From: an uncultured virus (IMG/VR IMGVR_UViG_3300002068_000001) | Taxonomy: Duplodnaviria > Heunggongvirae > Uroviricota > Caudoviricetes > Crassvirales | Length of the DNA: 30,330 nucleotides | Strand: one strand, 5' to 3' | IMG/VR virus record: IMGVR_UViG_3300002068_000001 | In this document: piece after piece, positions 1 to 9,716 of the stretch | How the letters are laid out: each line of letters opens with the position of its first letter | Numbering within the stretch: position 1 is the stretch's first letter | Made by a program: the position numbers and the translations under genes | The notes under the pieces: model-generated | Seen by the model: only the letters and a program-made list of their open reading frames with translations | The model's database searches: none | What the model was told of the DNA's origin: nothing

Positions 1-1439
1 TCAAAGAGAGGTAATTGTTTCTTGTTAGCACAGTATACATAAGTAGTTTTTGATTTCAAAATACCATTGGTAAAATTGTATTCAGTATCATCTTGATCTA
101 AGATAAGTCCCATTGTACCAGAGAATTGTAAATTCAAATTCTTTTCATATTTAATGAATTTCTTATCATTTGTGTCAAAATAAACTTGAGGACTGTAGCA
201 ATAAACGGTTTCTGGGAATCCATCTAAGTAATCTTCAACCTTTTTATAACCAAATTTTTCACACAATGCAACTATGATTTCAAAACATGTTTTATTGTAT
301 ACCAATACTCCATCAAAGAACCAGAAGTCTTTAACACCAGCTTTAAAAGTAGTTGGGATGTAACCATATTCAGTTAATTCATATGTACCATGTGCTTTTT
401 TACCACTAATGTAGTAGAAACCATCGATAAATATGAGTCTACCAGGGACATTATAAGAAGGTATTGCAAATGTTGAACATATAAATGTAGATGAAGCAGC
501 TCCTGAACTATAATTTGCAGGGGGATTGACTTGACGAATAGGAATCATTGGATTGGTTCTGAAATCTCTCTCATATACACTGTAGTTATAAACAGCAGGT
601 CCAGACTGATGTCTTTTAGTTCTATCCATAAATGTACGAGATTTGATTACACCAGCTTTGATATGATATAAGAAATTACATTTGACAGTTTTTACACCAC
701 CATTTATAGATTCACCATATCGCGTAGTATCCAAGAATTGTGCAATTGAAGAAAACCAAATACCTCTATCTTCAACAGAGAAGTAAAGAGGTCTTTCTTC
801 AGTAGTTTCCTTAGAGTAATGAAATTGAAGAGATTCTCCTTTAAACATATAGACATCAGGATTCTCTCTATTCTTTCTGTAATCAATCATTACAAATGCA
901 CCAGCTCCTTCATATTCAGTCAATACTTCAAATCCTTTGAAATAAATGATATAAGCCATAATTTGACTATCTGTGAATGTGTCAGGAGTATCTTTTAAAT
1001 ACTTTTTAGCTAATTCTTTATGATTTAAAAGAGTACCATTATGAATTAAAACAAATTCAGTTTCACCAGTTTCTTTGTTTCTAATTACAACAGGTTGAGC
1101 GGTAGTTACTCCTACTGCACCAACAGATGCTTTTCTACAATGACCTAAAGCTACTTTAGCTACTTTAGTTTTTTCCAATAATTCACTGGTGTCATAGAAA
1201 GCTGCAAACAATTTCTCTTTATCAACTCCATACTCTACTTCTCCATCAATGAATACACCACAAGAGTCTCCCCCTCTAACGTCATTAATGCAACCAAGTG
1301 TGTAGAAAGTCTTTTTATCAAACTTCCTTGCTATACCAACATACCCAAATAGACCACAATACAAACTGTTTGATTTGGGTTTGAGGAATAGAAAGAGAAT
1401 GGTGTGAACAAGTAAAAAACTTAAAATTATATTTAACAT
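1..1439 (-). CDS. Class II (Ntn-hydrolase) glutamine amidotransferase with long C-terminal extension; runs off the window edge
   Basis: Not in ORF track (no stop within window). Manual translation from ATG 1437-1439: MLNIILSFLLVHTILFLFLKPKSNSLY-CGLFG...RGGDSCG...LGHCRKAS...AQP...HNGTLLN...TDSQ...ERPLY, the canonical GATase-II motifs; frame stays open to base 1. Confidence 0.88.
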   Translation of the reverse strand, partial: MLNIILSFLLVHTILFLFLKPKSNSLYCGLFGYVGIARKFDKKTFYTLGCINDVRGGDSCGVFIDGEVEYGVDKEKLFAAFYDTSELLEKTKVAKVALGHCRKASVGAVGVTTAQPVVIRNKETGETEFVLIHNGTLLNHKELAKKYLKDTPDTFTDSQIMAYIIYFKGFEVLTEYEGAGAFVMIDYRKNRENPDVYMFKGESLQFHYSKETTEERPLYFSVEDRGIWFSSIAQFLDTTRYGESINGGVKTVKCNFLYHIKAGVIKSRTFMDRTKRHQSGPAVYNYSVYERDFRTNPMIPIRQVNPPANYSSGAASSTFICSTFAIPSYNVPGRLIFIDGFYYISGKKAHGTYELTEYGYIPTTFKAGVKDFWFFDGVLVYNKTCFEIIVALCEKFGYKKVEDYLDGFPETVYCYSPQVYFDTNDKKFIKYEKNLNLQFSGTMGLILDQDDTEYNFTNGILKSKTTYVYCANKKQLPLF

Positions 1440-1491
1440 TTATTTTATCTATTTTTAATTAAAAACTCAAAGAATAATTTTAAATTCTCTG

Positions 1492-2364
1492 TTATTCTCC
1501 TATGAGAGCGATTTGATACTTTTTAACAATTCTTTTTGCTGATGCTACATTACCATTGTTGATACTGTTGAATACAGTTTCTTCAGATGGTAAATAATTC
1601 TCAATTGCAAAAGGTTTTGTATTGAAATTACTCGAATACTCACGGAGACACTTGTTGTAGTAAGCAATTGCTGCTGCGGTTTGATGAAGAACCCAAGTAG
1701 TAGTGATTTCATCTTTGATGAAGTAACCAGAGAGGACTCTGTATTCAACCCCATAGTTAGTTAAGCGAAAACAACCAGCTTTACCATAGAGAGAACGTCT
1801 CCTTGTGTCAGGATCAATTAGAACTGAAGGTACACCGAGATACAAATCCAATACTTTTAGCAAAGCTAAAGAGGTCGTTAGATTGTTCTCATGGTATCCT
1901 ACATGAATGTGGACACCTGTACTCCTCAAGTTAATTTTAGCCCCTTCAGGAGCCTCATTTTGACTCAAGGTATATACATTGTAGTCGGGGTCACAACCAA
2001 ACTGTTTAGCTTCATCACTAAGTAACTGGTCATCTGGAACTAATTCAGATGCACTACACAGGATATCGTAATCAGGATTGACCTGTTTTACAAAATTCCT
2101 AATATACTCCTTCATTTGAGTAATTTGAGTTGAAAACAATTTACTTGCTCCTGAGACCAAATGAACTGGGGGAACATTAAATTCAGCCAACACATTGTCA
2201 GTTTGCAATCCAAATCCTTTTGAGAATCCTTCAGGCAAGAATGCATCGTTTTTATGTCCTGGAATAAGACCAATTGAAGATACAACTGTATTAGTTTTTG
2301 TATTTACAATAAATAATTCAGGATCTGTGCCAATTGTTACAATATCTATAATAGTATTAGCCAT
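1492..2364 (-). CDS. phiEco32-like COOH-NH2 ligase type 2 (glutamine synthetase-like fold)
   Basis: Motifs TIGTDPELF, QTDNVLAEFN, FGCDPDYN, LRSTGVHIHVGY, RRSLYGKAGCFR, GVEYRVLS. Confidence 0.88.
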   Translation of the reverse strand: MANTIIDIVTIGTDPELFIVNTKTNTVVSSIGLIPGHKNDAFLPEGFSKGFGLQTDNVLAEFNVPPVHLVSGASKLFSTQITQMKEYIRNFVKQVNPDYDILCSASELVPDDQLLSDEAKQFGCDPDYNVYTLSQNEAPEGAKINLRSTGVHIHVGYHENNLTTSLALLKVLDLYLGVPSVLIDPDTRRRSLYGKAGCFRLTNYGVEYRVLSGYFIKDEITTTWVLHQTAAAIAYYNKCLREYSSNFNTKPFAIENYLPSEETVFNSINNGNVASAKRIVKKYQIALIGE

Positions 2365-2993
2365 TATTTATTTAATTTAGAGATTATTAATGAATTAACG
2401 TAATTAACAAAAGGAGAATTGGTATCCATTATTTCAGGATGTCCTTGAATACCAAGAGAATTTGTTTCTGGGAAATAGATTACCTCTACTTCTTCAAAAA
2501 CATCATCCCAATGAATTCCTCCACCTTCGTAGTATCTAGACAATTTGGGTTCAGCAACAGCTAAAATCTCATATTTGTCTATAGGAAGATTGTATGGATA
2601 AGCCATTTGGTGATGACATGAACTTGTATAAAGAGTTTGTCCATCTGTGGTTAATACAGTGTGAGTTCTACCAGCATGATTAGTGACATCTTGAACCAAT
2701 TTGCCCCCGTTTAGAATGGTAAGCAATTGATTGCCACGGCAAATTCCAACTCGCAGAGTACCAGGTAGTTGAAGAGATTTGACATATTCCTCAATTTCAT
2801 AAGCGTCTCTTTTAGGACTACAATAAGTGGTTGGGTGAGTTCTTTCACCATAGAGATTGGGATCTACATCTTCACCTCCGGTAAATAGGATTACATCAGC
2901 TTGATTCATTTCTTCTACTAAAACAGCATCATGAATGAATCGAGCGTAGTGTCTAGATGTACCTACTACATATACTTTAATCGGTTTGTCCAT
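2364..2993 (-). CDS. Class I glutamine amidotransferase / peptidase C26 (gamma-glutamyl hydrolase-like)
   Basis: FTGGEDVDPNLY, nucleophile GICRG, HHQ, GIQGHPE catalytic His/Glu. Confidence 0.9.
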   Translation of the reverse strand: MDKPIKVYVVGTSRHYARFIHDAVLVEEMNQADVILFTGGEDVDPNLYGERTHPTTYCSPKRDAYEIEEYVKSLQLPGTLRVGICRGNQLLTILNGGKLVQDVTNHAGRTHTVLTTDGQTLYTSSCHHQMAYPYNLPIDKYEILAVAEPKLSRYYEGGGIHWDDVFEEVEVIYFPETNSLGIQGHPEIMDTNSPFVNYVNSLIISKLNK

Positions 2994-3750
2994 TAAATAA
3001 TAATTTATAATTGTGATTGTGATAATTTTCTACTCTTTCCATTATATCTTCAGTAGACATTTTTAATTGTTTTGAACTATCAAGAAAAAACTCATTTGGT
3101 GCATTTTTTTTAAAACCGATTCTAATGATCTTTGATGTATTAAATTCAAAGAAATTATTTATACAACCATAATTAGTGTCAACAAGTCTTGCTTTTAATT
3201 CTTCAAAACTTTTAATCAAAAGAGGACTAGGTATACCAGTAAAGAAACAATGACCATAATTGAGTGGAAAAGTTATCATTGATTGAACCAAATGATATGT
3301 ATAAATGATTGATAAATTTGGATAAACTTGAAGTTTAAATAGATTTATTGCTTCCTTCATACACACATTATAGGGTTGTTCATAACACAAACGAATTGCT
3401 GTTAACAATGCCTTAATTTTACCAAATAATTCATTGGTTTTAATAGCAACCTCAATTTGTTCCTTACCCATCACTAATGTGTAATCAAAATTAATCCATT
3501 GTTGAAGTTCTCTGAGATATAAATTCAGTTCTTCTTCGTCTAAGATACAGACATTTGAATTTTCACGAATAGTTGTATTACCAGGATAAAACATTGTAAC
3601 AGTTATTTCAACACCTTTTTTAGGATTGTATGAATTTACACATCCAAAAAAAGTCCTAAAACAAGCAGTATCCTCTGGAACAATTATTTCATCACTCCCA
3701 CCCAATTGAAATCTATAAATAGTATAATATCTTGATACATCAAAATTCAT
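2977..3750 (-). CDS. Hypothetical protein within amidoligase cluster
   Basis: 257-aa ORF overlapping both neighbours; no recognised motif. Confidence 0.75.
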   Translation of the reverse strand: MNFDVSRYYTIYRFQLGGSDEIIVPEDTACFRTFFGCVNSYNPKKGVEITVTMFYPGNTTIRENSNVCILDEEELNLYLRELQQWINFDYTLVMGKEQIEVAIKTNELFGKIKALLTAIRLCYEQPYNVCMKEAINLFKLQVYPNLSIIYTYHLVQSMITFPLNYGHCFFTGIPSPLLIKSFEELKARLVDTNYGCINNFFEFNTSKIIRIGFKKNAPNEFFLDSSKQLKMSTEDIMERVENYHNHNYKLLFNGQTD

Positions 3751-4507
3751 CCACTATTGCTTTTAGTTTGTCAATGTATTTAACTGCTGTCACATTCCCC
3801 ATCGAGGGGCCACTGTTGGTTTCGAGGATGATAAATCTTGCAGGATTATGATTACTGACTTTGATGTCAATTGCACTAATGTCCAATCCAACTGAAGTCA
3901 TAGCTTTTACACATTCGGCTACAATTTCATCCCAATTTGCTGGTTTAGCAAAGAGTTCATTCTCTTCAAGAATCCATACTGAATTGGTGTCATGACGATG
4001 CCAACGTTCAACTGCATCATCCTTGAGCATTTTTCTACAAGTGTAGAAGCAACCATCTTTTGTGACATGTAGACGATACTCTTTTACATAGTTGTAGAAT
4101 TTTTCAATGATGAAATCCTGTAGATTGTGATGTGCTGCAATAAATGCATCCAAATCAACTTGATTGTGAATGATAAATATACCTTCACCCTTGCTTGAAT
4201 TCTTATGCTTAATGATTGCATCAAAATGAGGCCAAGTTGCTAATTCGGGGGAATTCATTTGCAACCACTCTGCAGTAATTACTCCAGCAGCATCAAACAT
4301 TTGTTTCATGGTGATTTTATTACCACTATTGTGACAAGCTTGAACTGTGTTGATTTCAATAATTTCCTTACCAGTGCGAGCACCTACAGGAAAGATTTGA
4401 TCTGTGGGGGTATTGCTACCTAAGCGTAAGACACATCTTTTTCTAGTAACTACTTGACCTCTAAGAGAGGAAGCAGTATCATTTTTACTTCTTATTTGTA
4501 CAAACAT
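3740..4507 (-). CDS. ATP-grasp peptide/amide ligase (RimK/YheCD-like)
   Basis: NKITMK, IIKHKNSSKGEGIF, IEKF, EYRLHV, GLDISAIDI, ILETNSGP motifs. Confidence 0.85.
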   Translation of the reverse strand: MFVQIRSKNDTASSLRGQVVTRKRCVLRLGSNTPTDQIFPVGARTGKEIIEINTVQACHNSGNKITMKQMFDAAGVITAEWLQMNSPELATWPHFDAIIKHKNSSKGEGIFIIHNQVDLDAFIAAHHNLQDFIIEKFYNYVKEYRLHVTKDGCFYTCRKMLKDDAVERWHRHDTNSVWILEENELFAKPANWDEIVAECVKAMTSVGLDISAIDIKVSNHNPARFIILETNSGPSMGNVTAVKYIDKLKAIVDEF

Positions 4508-4524
4508 TTTTTCTAATTATTAAA

Positions 4525-4890
4525 TTATTCCCAATTACCAGATTCCATAGGTGTATAAAACCTTGTTTCCCTTTCTTTCATGGTATAGATTGTTACATCC
4601 ATTACTCCATGTTCAGTAGAGGATTCAATTTGAATTGTGCTTTTTTGATAAAGCGAGGGGTATCCTTCGTATCTATCCAATTGAAGCAAGATTGCATCAT
4701 CATTGACATGATACACTTCAAAAGTAATCCCATGTTCCTCTTCAGATGCAATCAATGCAGGAAAAGATCCTAAATTGAACATTTGAAATGGGATCGATAC
4801 TCTAAATGTTCCTACTAGAGGACTGTTTGCTAACATTCCATTAGCTCTTTGACCCCTTTTAAGGGTTCCATAAACTCCAATATATGCCAT
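4525..4890 (-). CDS. Gamma-glutamylcyclotransferase, AIG2-like
   Basis: Likely start ATG 4888-4890 (MAYIGVYGTLKRG); LGSFPAL, EVY, LDRYEGYP..Y motifs. Confidence 0.88.
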   Translation of the reverse strand: MAYIGVYGTLKRGQRANGMLANSPLVGTFRVSIPFQMFNLGSFPALIASEEEHGITFEVYHVNDDAILLQLDRYEGYPSLYQKSTIQIESSTEHGVMDVTIYTMKERETRFYTPMESGNWE

Positions 4891-4891
4891 T

Positions 4892-5392
4892 TTATTTGTT
4901 TTGTTCCCAACTTTGAGTGGGAAGGGTTTGTATTGCAATCAAATCTTTAAGTTTTTTACCAGCAAGTGATACAATGTCTAAAAAAGACAAAGCATCAATT
5001 CCATAAATGTCAAACATTCTATAACTCTTATCAAAGATGAGGCTACTACTTCTGTCTGTGTTTTCAAAATTACCAAATACTACTTTTTCTACATCTGTGT
5101 TGTAAAATGTACTTACTCTTGAATTACCGTAATCCTCACATAATTTGATTAGGATTTTTGCAACATCTTCTAATGTTACATTTGAGAATCTAGCTCTCGT
5201 AAGGTAATATAAGTCAAAGAAACTTCTAAAACAACCAGCATGACAATGCATTGAGCCGCCTTGAAATTTAGTGGATGGTTGACGATTAGCGAAGTAATAT
5301 TTGAGATATTTTTCAGGGGTGTCGTAGGTAGAATCTGTAGTGAACGGTCTAAGTTCTCTTAATTCTTCAAATAAATCAAGTTGTTCTTCCAT
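4892..5392 (-). CDS. Hypothetical protein
   Basis: 166-aa ORF abutting the GGCT gene. Confidence 0.7.
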   Translation of the reverse strand: MEEQLDLFEELRELRPFTTDSTYDTPEKYLKYYFANRQPSTKFQGGSMHCHAGCFRSFFDLYYLTRARFSNVTLEDVAKILIKLCEDYGNSRVSTFYNTDVEKVVFGNFENTDRSSSLIFDKSYRMFDIYGIDALSFLDIVSLAGKKLKDLIAIQTLPTQSWEQNK

Positions 5393-5412
5393 TATTAATA
5401 ATCTAAATTTAT

Positions 5413-5443
5413 AAAGGGAGTGAGGAAATTAATCCCCACACCC
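5413..5443 (-). terminator. Putative intrinsic terminator
   Basis: Minus strand GGGTGTGGGGA-loop-TCCTCACTCCC followed by TTTAT, just downstream of 5457..5696. Confidence 0.55.
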
Positions 5444-5456
5444 ATTTTTGTTTTGT

Positions 5457-5696
5457 TTAATTCAAATTGTTTTTGACAAATGAAAAGATCTTCTGTCCTA
5501 AGTCTTTTGAGGAGACTGTGGGATAGCTAGCAAAATCATTCAATGCAGCAGGATAGTCTTCACGAAGCTTCCTTACAATTGGATAGATTTCATTCATACG
5601 ATTCAAGTCACTGAAATGATTGGTAGATAGATTGTTAAATTCTGGGTATCTACGACCCAATGTGGAGAACATGCTTGTTTTAGCCATGATTGTCAA
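5457..5696 (-). CDS. Small hypothetical protein (likely start ATG ~5687, MAKTSMF)
   Basis: ORF overlapping the primase stop, followed by a terminator-like hairpin. Confidence 0.65.
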   Translation of the reverse strand: MTIMAKTSMFSTLGRRYPEFNNLSTNHFSDLNRMNEIYPIVRKLREDYPAALNDFASYPTVSSKDLGQKIFSFVKNNLN

Positions 5697-6687
5697 CGAT
5701 TTGTTTTATTACTTGATTAATTGTTTTTCTTCCATACATTTTGCATAGGTCACTAGGGTCTTTAGCCTTTAGTCCTATAGGTAAATGTAATTGTGTAAGT
5801 CCATATTTCTCTGACATCTTAGCACCAAGGTTTTCACCCCAGTTTTCTTTTTTGTCAAAGTCATTATCATATAGAATGTACACATTGTTAAACCTGTTTT
5901 TAAGCTCTTCTACAACTTGAATTTTTGGAAGTGCCGTTTCTGCCTGAAGACTACAAGCGGGTAGGCCTGTATTCTCCCAAATGCATAGAGCATCTTTTCT
6001 AGAAGAGGTAATGATAAGAGTTTCGCCAGTTTCAGGCAATTGTTGCCATAAATCCCATACAGATGAATCATGTTTATTTGTCCATTTGCGGGTCTGACTA
6101 AAAGGTTGATAAATTTTTAAAGATTCTATTTCATCCTTAAATTCTACATATACATATGCATACTTTTCAGCAGCAAACGTGTATCTTTGATTGGTATCAA
6201 GATTGTGAATGATTGTATGAGAGATGGGATACACATTACCAAATTGTAACCAAGGCAATGAGATACCAAATTCTTCCCAAAACTTTAAATCATAATCTCT
6301 CCATTCTCTTGTTTTACACTTTAGTTCAGTATTGTTGTTGTAACTAACTTTTCCCTTTGTTCTATGTGGGATTACAAATGAACCATTTTGAGTGTATCCA
6401 GGAGACATATCATTATAAATCTTCTCTAATAGATCATCAAAAGGAATCTGGAAGTACTTCATGAGTAAATCAAAAGTACCCCCAGATTCTTGAGTTGAAA
6501 AATCTTTAAAATGCAGTTTTATCCCATTGGTGGTGTTAATACCAAATGAGGGATTGTTGTCTACTCTAAGAGGAGAATTTATAAGACATGGTATTTCATT
6601 GATACCTAAATAGAAATTAAGAATATCTATTTCAGGAATAGCAAATACTTTGTCTACATTTGAGTTATTTCTCCCTTGTGCAAACAT
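5680..6687 (-). CDS. DNA primase (Toprim, crAss-like)
   Basis: N-terminal SPLRVDNNPSF...FKDFS..GG.FD region; Toprim LIITSSRKDAL, ILYDND, KDPSD. Confidence 0.85.
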   Translation of the reverse strand: MFAQGRNNSNVDKVFAIPEIDILNFYLGINEIPCLINSPLRVDNNPSFGINTTNGIKLHFKDFSTQESGGTFDLLMKYFQIPFDDLLEKIYNDMSPGYTQNGSFVIPHRTKGKVSYNNNTELKCKTREWRDYDLKFWEEFGISLPWLQFGNVYPISHTIIHNLDTNQRYTFAAEKYAYVYVEFKDEIESLKIYQPFSQTRKWTNKHDSSVWDLWQQLPETGETLIITSSRKDALCIWENTGLPACSLQAETALPKIQVVEELKNRFNNVYILYDNDFDKKENWGENLGAKMSEKYGLTQLHLPIGLKAKDPSDLCKMYGRKTINQVIKQIVDNHG

Positions 6688-6694
6688 TTATTAC

Positions 6695-7582
6695 TTACTT
6701 AAACCAATCTTCAATAGGGGTAGCAGTAGGTGCTTCTCCTGGAGTATTAGTAAATGCAGTAGCTTCTACAGTGTATTCCTTTAGAGGAGCACTAGAGAAG
6801 ACCGTTTTAGGATATGCTCCAGCAGCTTGAGATTTAACAATATCAGCATCAATAGGTGAGTTATTATTAGCATTACCACGAATAAATTTTCTAGTGTATG
6901 CATCTTGATATTCCTTACCATCATCTGTGGATTTAATCCCAAATGCTACTTTAATGGTGTTATCTTTTTTTAAAGCAATCAGATCAACTAATTCTTTAAC
7001 ATTTCCAGAGAAATATTTTTGAATATCTTCTAATTGAGCTTCTGCAGTAGCCAAATCTTCAACTACATGTTCTTTACCGTTTGCATCTGTATAAGATCTG
7101 GTAGGAATCCATAAAAACGTTTTCATAAATTGATTCAAATTGTCTTCACCATCCATACAAGGACGATAAGGACCAACAAACCATTTATTAGTTTCTGGAA
7201 GTTCACCTTTTTTGGCAAGGGATTCTTCAATCCAAGTAGATTCACCATATTTATTGATTACTTGAATGGTTCCTTTAGAGCTAAGACGGATTGCTTTCTT
7301 TAAAAAGAAACTTACTTTACTAATTGCTTCAATTCCATTGTTCTTCTCAGGAACTGTTTTGAGGATAATATCTATTCTAATTTGATCTTGACCTTCTGGA
7401 GATTTACCCAAGTATTCGGGGTCTTTTTCAGGAGCAGAACCATAAATTTGTTCTATTTGTGCTTTTGTAGGATTGACTGCAACTACGTTACAAACTCCTA
7501 CTCCGATGTATTTCTTAAATCCACCTGTCTCTACGGTAGTATCTTGGCCACTACCGAATGCCATCAACGCAACTTTACTCAT
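6695..7582 (-). CDS. Putative single-stranded DNA-binding / replication protein
   Basis: Between AAA ATPase and primase; low-complexity tail ending acidic-aromatic (PIEDWFK). Start probably ATG 7580-7582. SSB function is inference. Confidence 0.5.
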   Translation of the reverse strand: MSKVALMAFGSGQDTTVETGGFKKYIGVGVCNVVAVNPTKAQIEQIYGSAPEKDPEYLGKSPEGQDQIRIDIILKTVPEKNNGIEAISKVSFFLKKAIRLSSKGTIQVINKYGESTWIEESLAKKGELPETNKWFVGPYRPCMDGEDNLNQFMKTFLWIPTRSYTDANGKEHVVEDLATAEAQLEDIQKYFSGNVKELVDLIALKKDNTIKVAFGIKSTDDGKEYQDAYTRKFIRGNANNNSPIDADIVKSQAAGAYPKTVFSSAPLKEYTVEATAFTNTPGEAPTATPIEDWFK

Positions 7583-7598
7583 CTTTTCTTTGTTTAAA

Positions 7599-8276
7599 TT
7601 ATTCTTCATAATACGATTTCATAGCTTTAATGACTATATCCAAATCATTTGGCATTTTAGCCTCAAACATATCCTCTGGTGATTTAGCAGGTATTTCTAC
7701 CCCATCAATCAGAGTTTTTTGAGTATAAAATTGAAAGATTGGATTGTCATTCTTGTCAAATGTAGGTTTACAGTATAAGCAAATTGGGACTACTTCAATA
7801 GGATTGTAGTGATCTTCTACTAATTTACCTACTAATTTGACCTTTTTGCTAACAATGATTTTGTCATTGACTACATCATCATCATGCATCATTAGTACTA
7901 CTACGAGATCTTCTCTAGCATTCTCTGCTGATTCAATGATAGCTTGAAAGTGTTGACCAAGTTCGGTGAATTTAGCATAACCTACTTCTTTAGCTCGTTT
8001 CATAAACTCCTTCTCCATCACAAATCGTATGTCATCGATTATGACTTGTTTTATATGAGGCATACCATTTACGACTCCTATAAAATTCACTATTTTGTCC
8101 CAATCAGATATGGAGACAATGTTCTTTTTCTCTGTAGAGTATAAAGCTCTAGAACCCCTAAAGGGTAAATCCTTTTTGAGAACATTAATGATTAATGTTT
8201 CGTCAGGATTTAAATTCTTAATACTTCTACTCTTTCCAGACCCAGTAGGGCCTAACACAATTAAAATTCTACCCAT
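7599..8276 (-). CDS. AAA_24 / Sak4-like P-loop ATPase
   Basis: Walker A GPTGSGKS, Walker B VIIDD, C-terminal AKSPEDMF...PNDL. Confidence 0.8.
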   Translation of the reverse strand: MGRILIVLGPTGSGKSRSIKNLNPDETLIINVLKKDLPFRGSRALYSTEKKNIVSISDWDKIVNFIGVVNGMPHIKQVIIDDIRFVMEKEFMKRAKEVGYAKFTELGQHFQAIIESAENAREDLVVVLMMHDDDVVNDKIIVSKKVKLVGKLVEDHYNPIEVVPICLYCKPTFDKNDNPIFQFYTQKTLIDGVEIPAKSPEDMFEAKMPNDLDIVIKAMKSYYEE

Positions 8277-8564
8277 TTATTTATTTTTATGGCGATGTGC
8301 CATCATGAATATTTTACTACTTCGGACTCGTTCAGCAAACGTTAAAGATTGCTCAATTTTATCCCTTTCATTAGGAAGTGGTAATTCTCTAAAATAATTA
8401 ACTCCTCCATCAAAAAAGAGAGGACAAACTGTTCCCCCACCACCACCTCTACTTGCTATTAATTCCATGAATCTTATATTATCCTTAAATTCAGTTATGT
8501 CATATCCTAAATATTTAGGAATTTCATATCTGAATGGACTGTATAGACCAATTATGAAATTTGC
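8277..8564 (-). CDS. dnaB: Replicative DnaB-type helicase, exon 2 (95 aa)
   Basis: ANFIIGLYSPFRY...IASRGGG...LFFDG continues the DnaB H3/H4 motifs in frame with exon 1 after intron removal. Confidence 0.88.
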   Translation of the reverse strand, partial: ANFIIGLYSPFRYEIPKYLGYDITEFKDNIRFMELIASRGGGGGTVCPLFFDGGVNYFRELPLPNERDKIEQSLTFAERVRSSKIFMMAHRHKNK

Positions 8565-8799
8565 CAATTTGTTATCTTAATGGCTCTTTATCCATTAATT
8601 CTGCAATTTCTTCTATATTTGCAGTTCAGACTATATCTTCACATTTCTGTGTTGGGATTTCGTGTTAGGATTATATTCTATATTCCTATAGTTTCACCTA
8701 TTAGTCGTTCGACCTTCTATAATCATTTAAATCATAGTTTGGTACGGGATGGTCTTTTTCAAGAGTTTCCCCGTTTAACCCAATTAAGAGACACATTTA

Positions 8800-9693
8800 T
8801 TAAATTTTTGTTAAACCAATTTTGTAATACATTGTTTCATGTAAATAAGGAAAGATGATGCTTATAAATTTCTTTAAATCTTTTGTTGAAAGATATATCA
8901 CATTGTTTTTTTGAATATTAAAATGTAAATTAAATTCATGTTTCAAAAAATCAATAAAAATCTATAATTCTTCTTTTGTAAAACAATTCGTGCATATACT
9001 TATAGATGTGCTAGATTTTTGACCATCATCCATAAACATGTATGCTAATGAAACAGCAGTAAAATCTTTAAATAATAAAGGATTAATAATCTTTTTTCCA
9101 GTAGAATATAACATATCATATAGATCAAGATAATAAGGATTATTTACACTCTATATTAAATAATCTTCATAATATATTCCATTCCTTTGATCTGGAGTTA
9201 ATCTCTTTTCATACTTAAATTTCATACCTAAAGATTCTAATTCTAAAAATTTAGAATAACAGTAATCTTTCTATTTTAATCCATGTGCACATTTGAAACC
9301 AGGGTTAATACTTTCTTTTCGTAAGGAAGAATCTCCTAATAATGTACCTATTAATATTTCTCTTTGATGTTGAGTTGCTTCTACTAATTTGGAAATAGCA
9401 AAGGATGGACGAGAAATATTGTTTCTCATCCTAGCACCATAAACACCATCAGAGGAAACACGAAACTGTTTTGCAATTTCATTATCATCATATCCTTGTT
9501 CAACTAATTGTTTTAATACGTTTACATCAATTTTACGAGTATTAGAATAATCAAAATTTACAGGTAAATTATGTTTTATTCTCCATTGTCGTACTGTTTC
9601 TGTACATGCTTTTATTTCTCTTGCTATTTCAGCATCATTTTTTCTCTAATCATATAATTGAGATATGATTATTTCTCTTTCTATTTTTTCCAT
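8800..9693 (-). CDS. Intron-encoded HTH + LAGLIDADG homing endonuclease (297 aa if TAG is read as sense)
   Basis: ATG 9691-9693 to TAA 8800-8802; two HTH-like repeats (NDAEIAREI..., DDNEIAKQF...), ILIGTLLGDSSL, SLAYMFMDDG, ICTNCFT, PYLHETMYYK; in-frame TAG at 9646-48, 9271-73, 9151-53, 8962-64. Confidence 0.88.
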
Positions 9694-9716
9694 ATTTTTA
9701 ATATTTTAAATATAGG

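Noticed and set aside
8277..8567. Stand-alone 96-aa gene with TTG start
   Set aside because: The TTG is the intron 3' end (terminal G); the ORF is dnaB exon 2.
8580..8858. 92-aa plus-strand ORF
   Set aside because: Antisense to the intron catalytic core; no protein motif.
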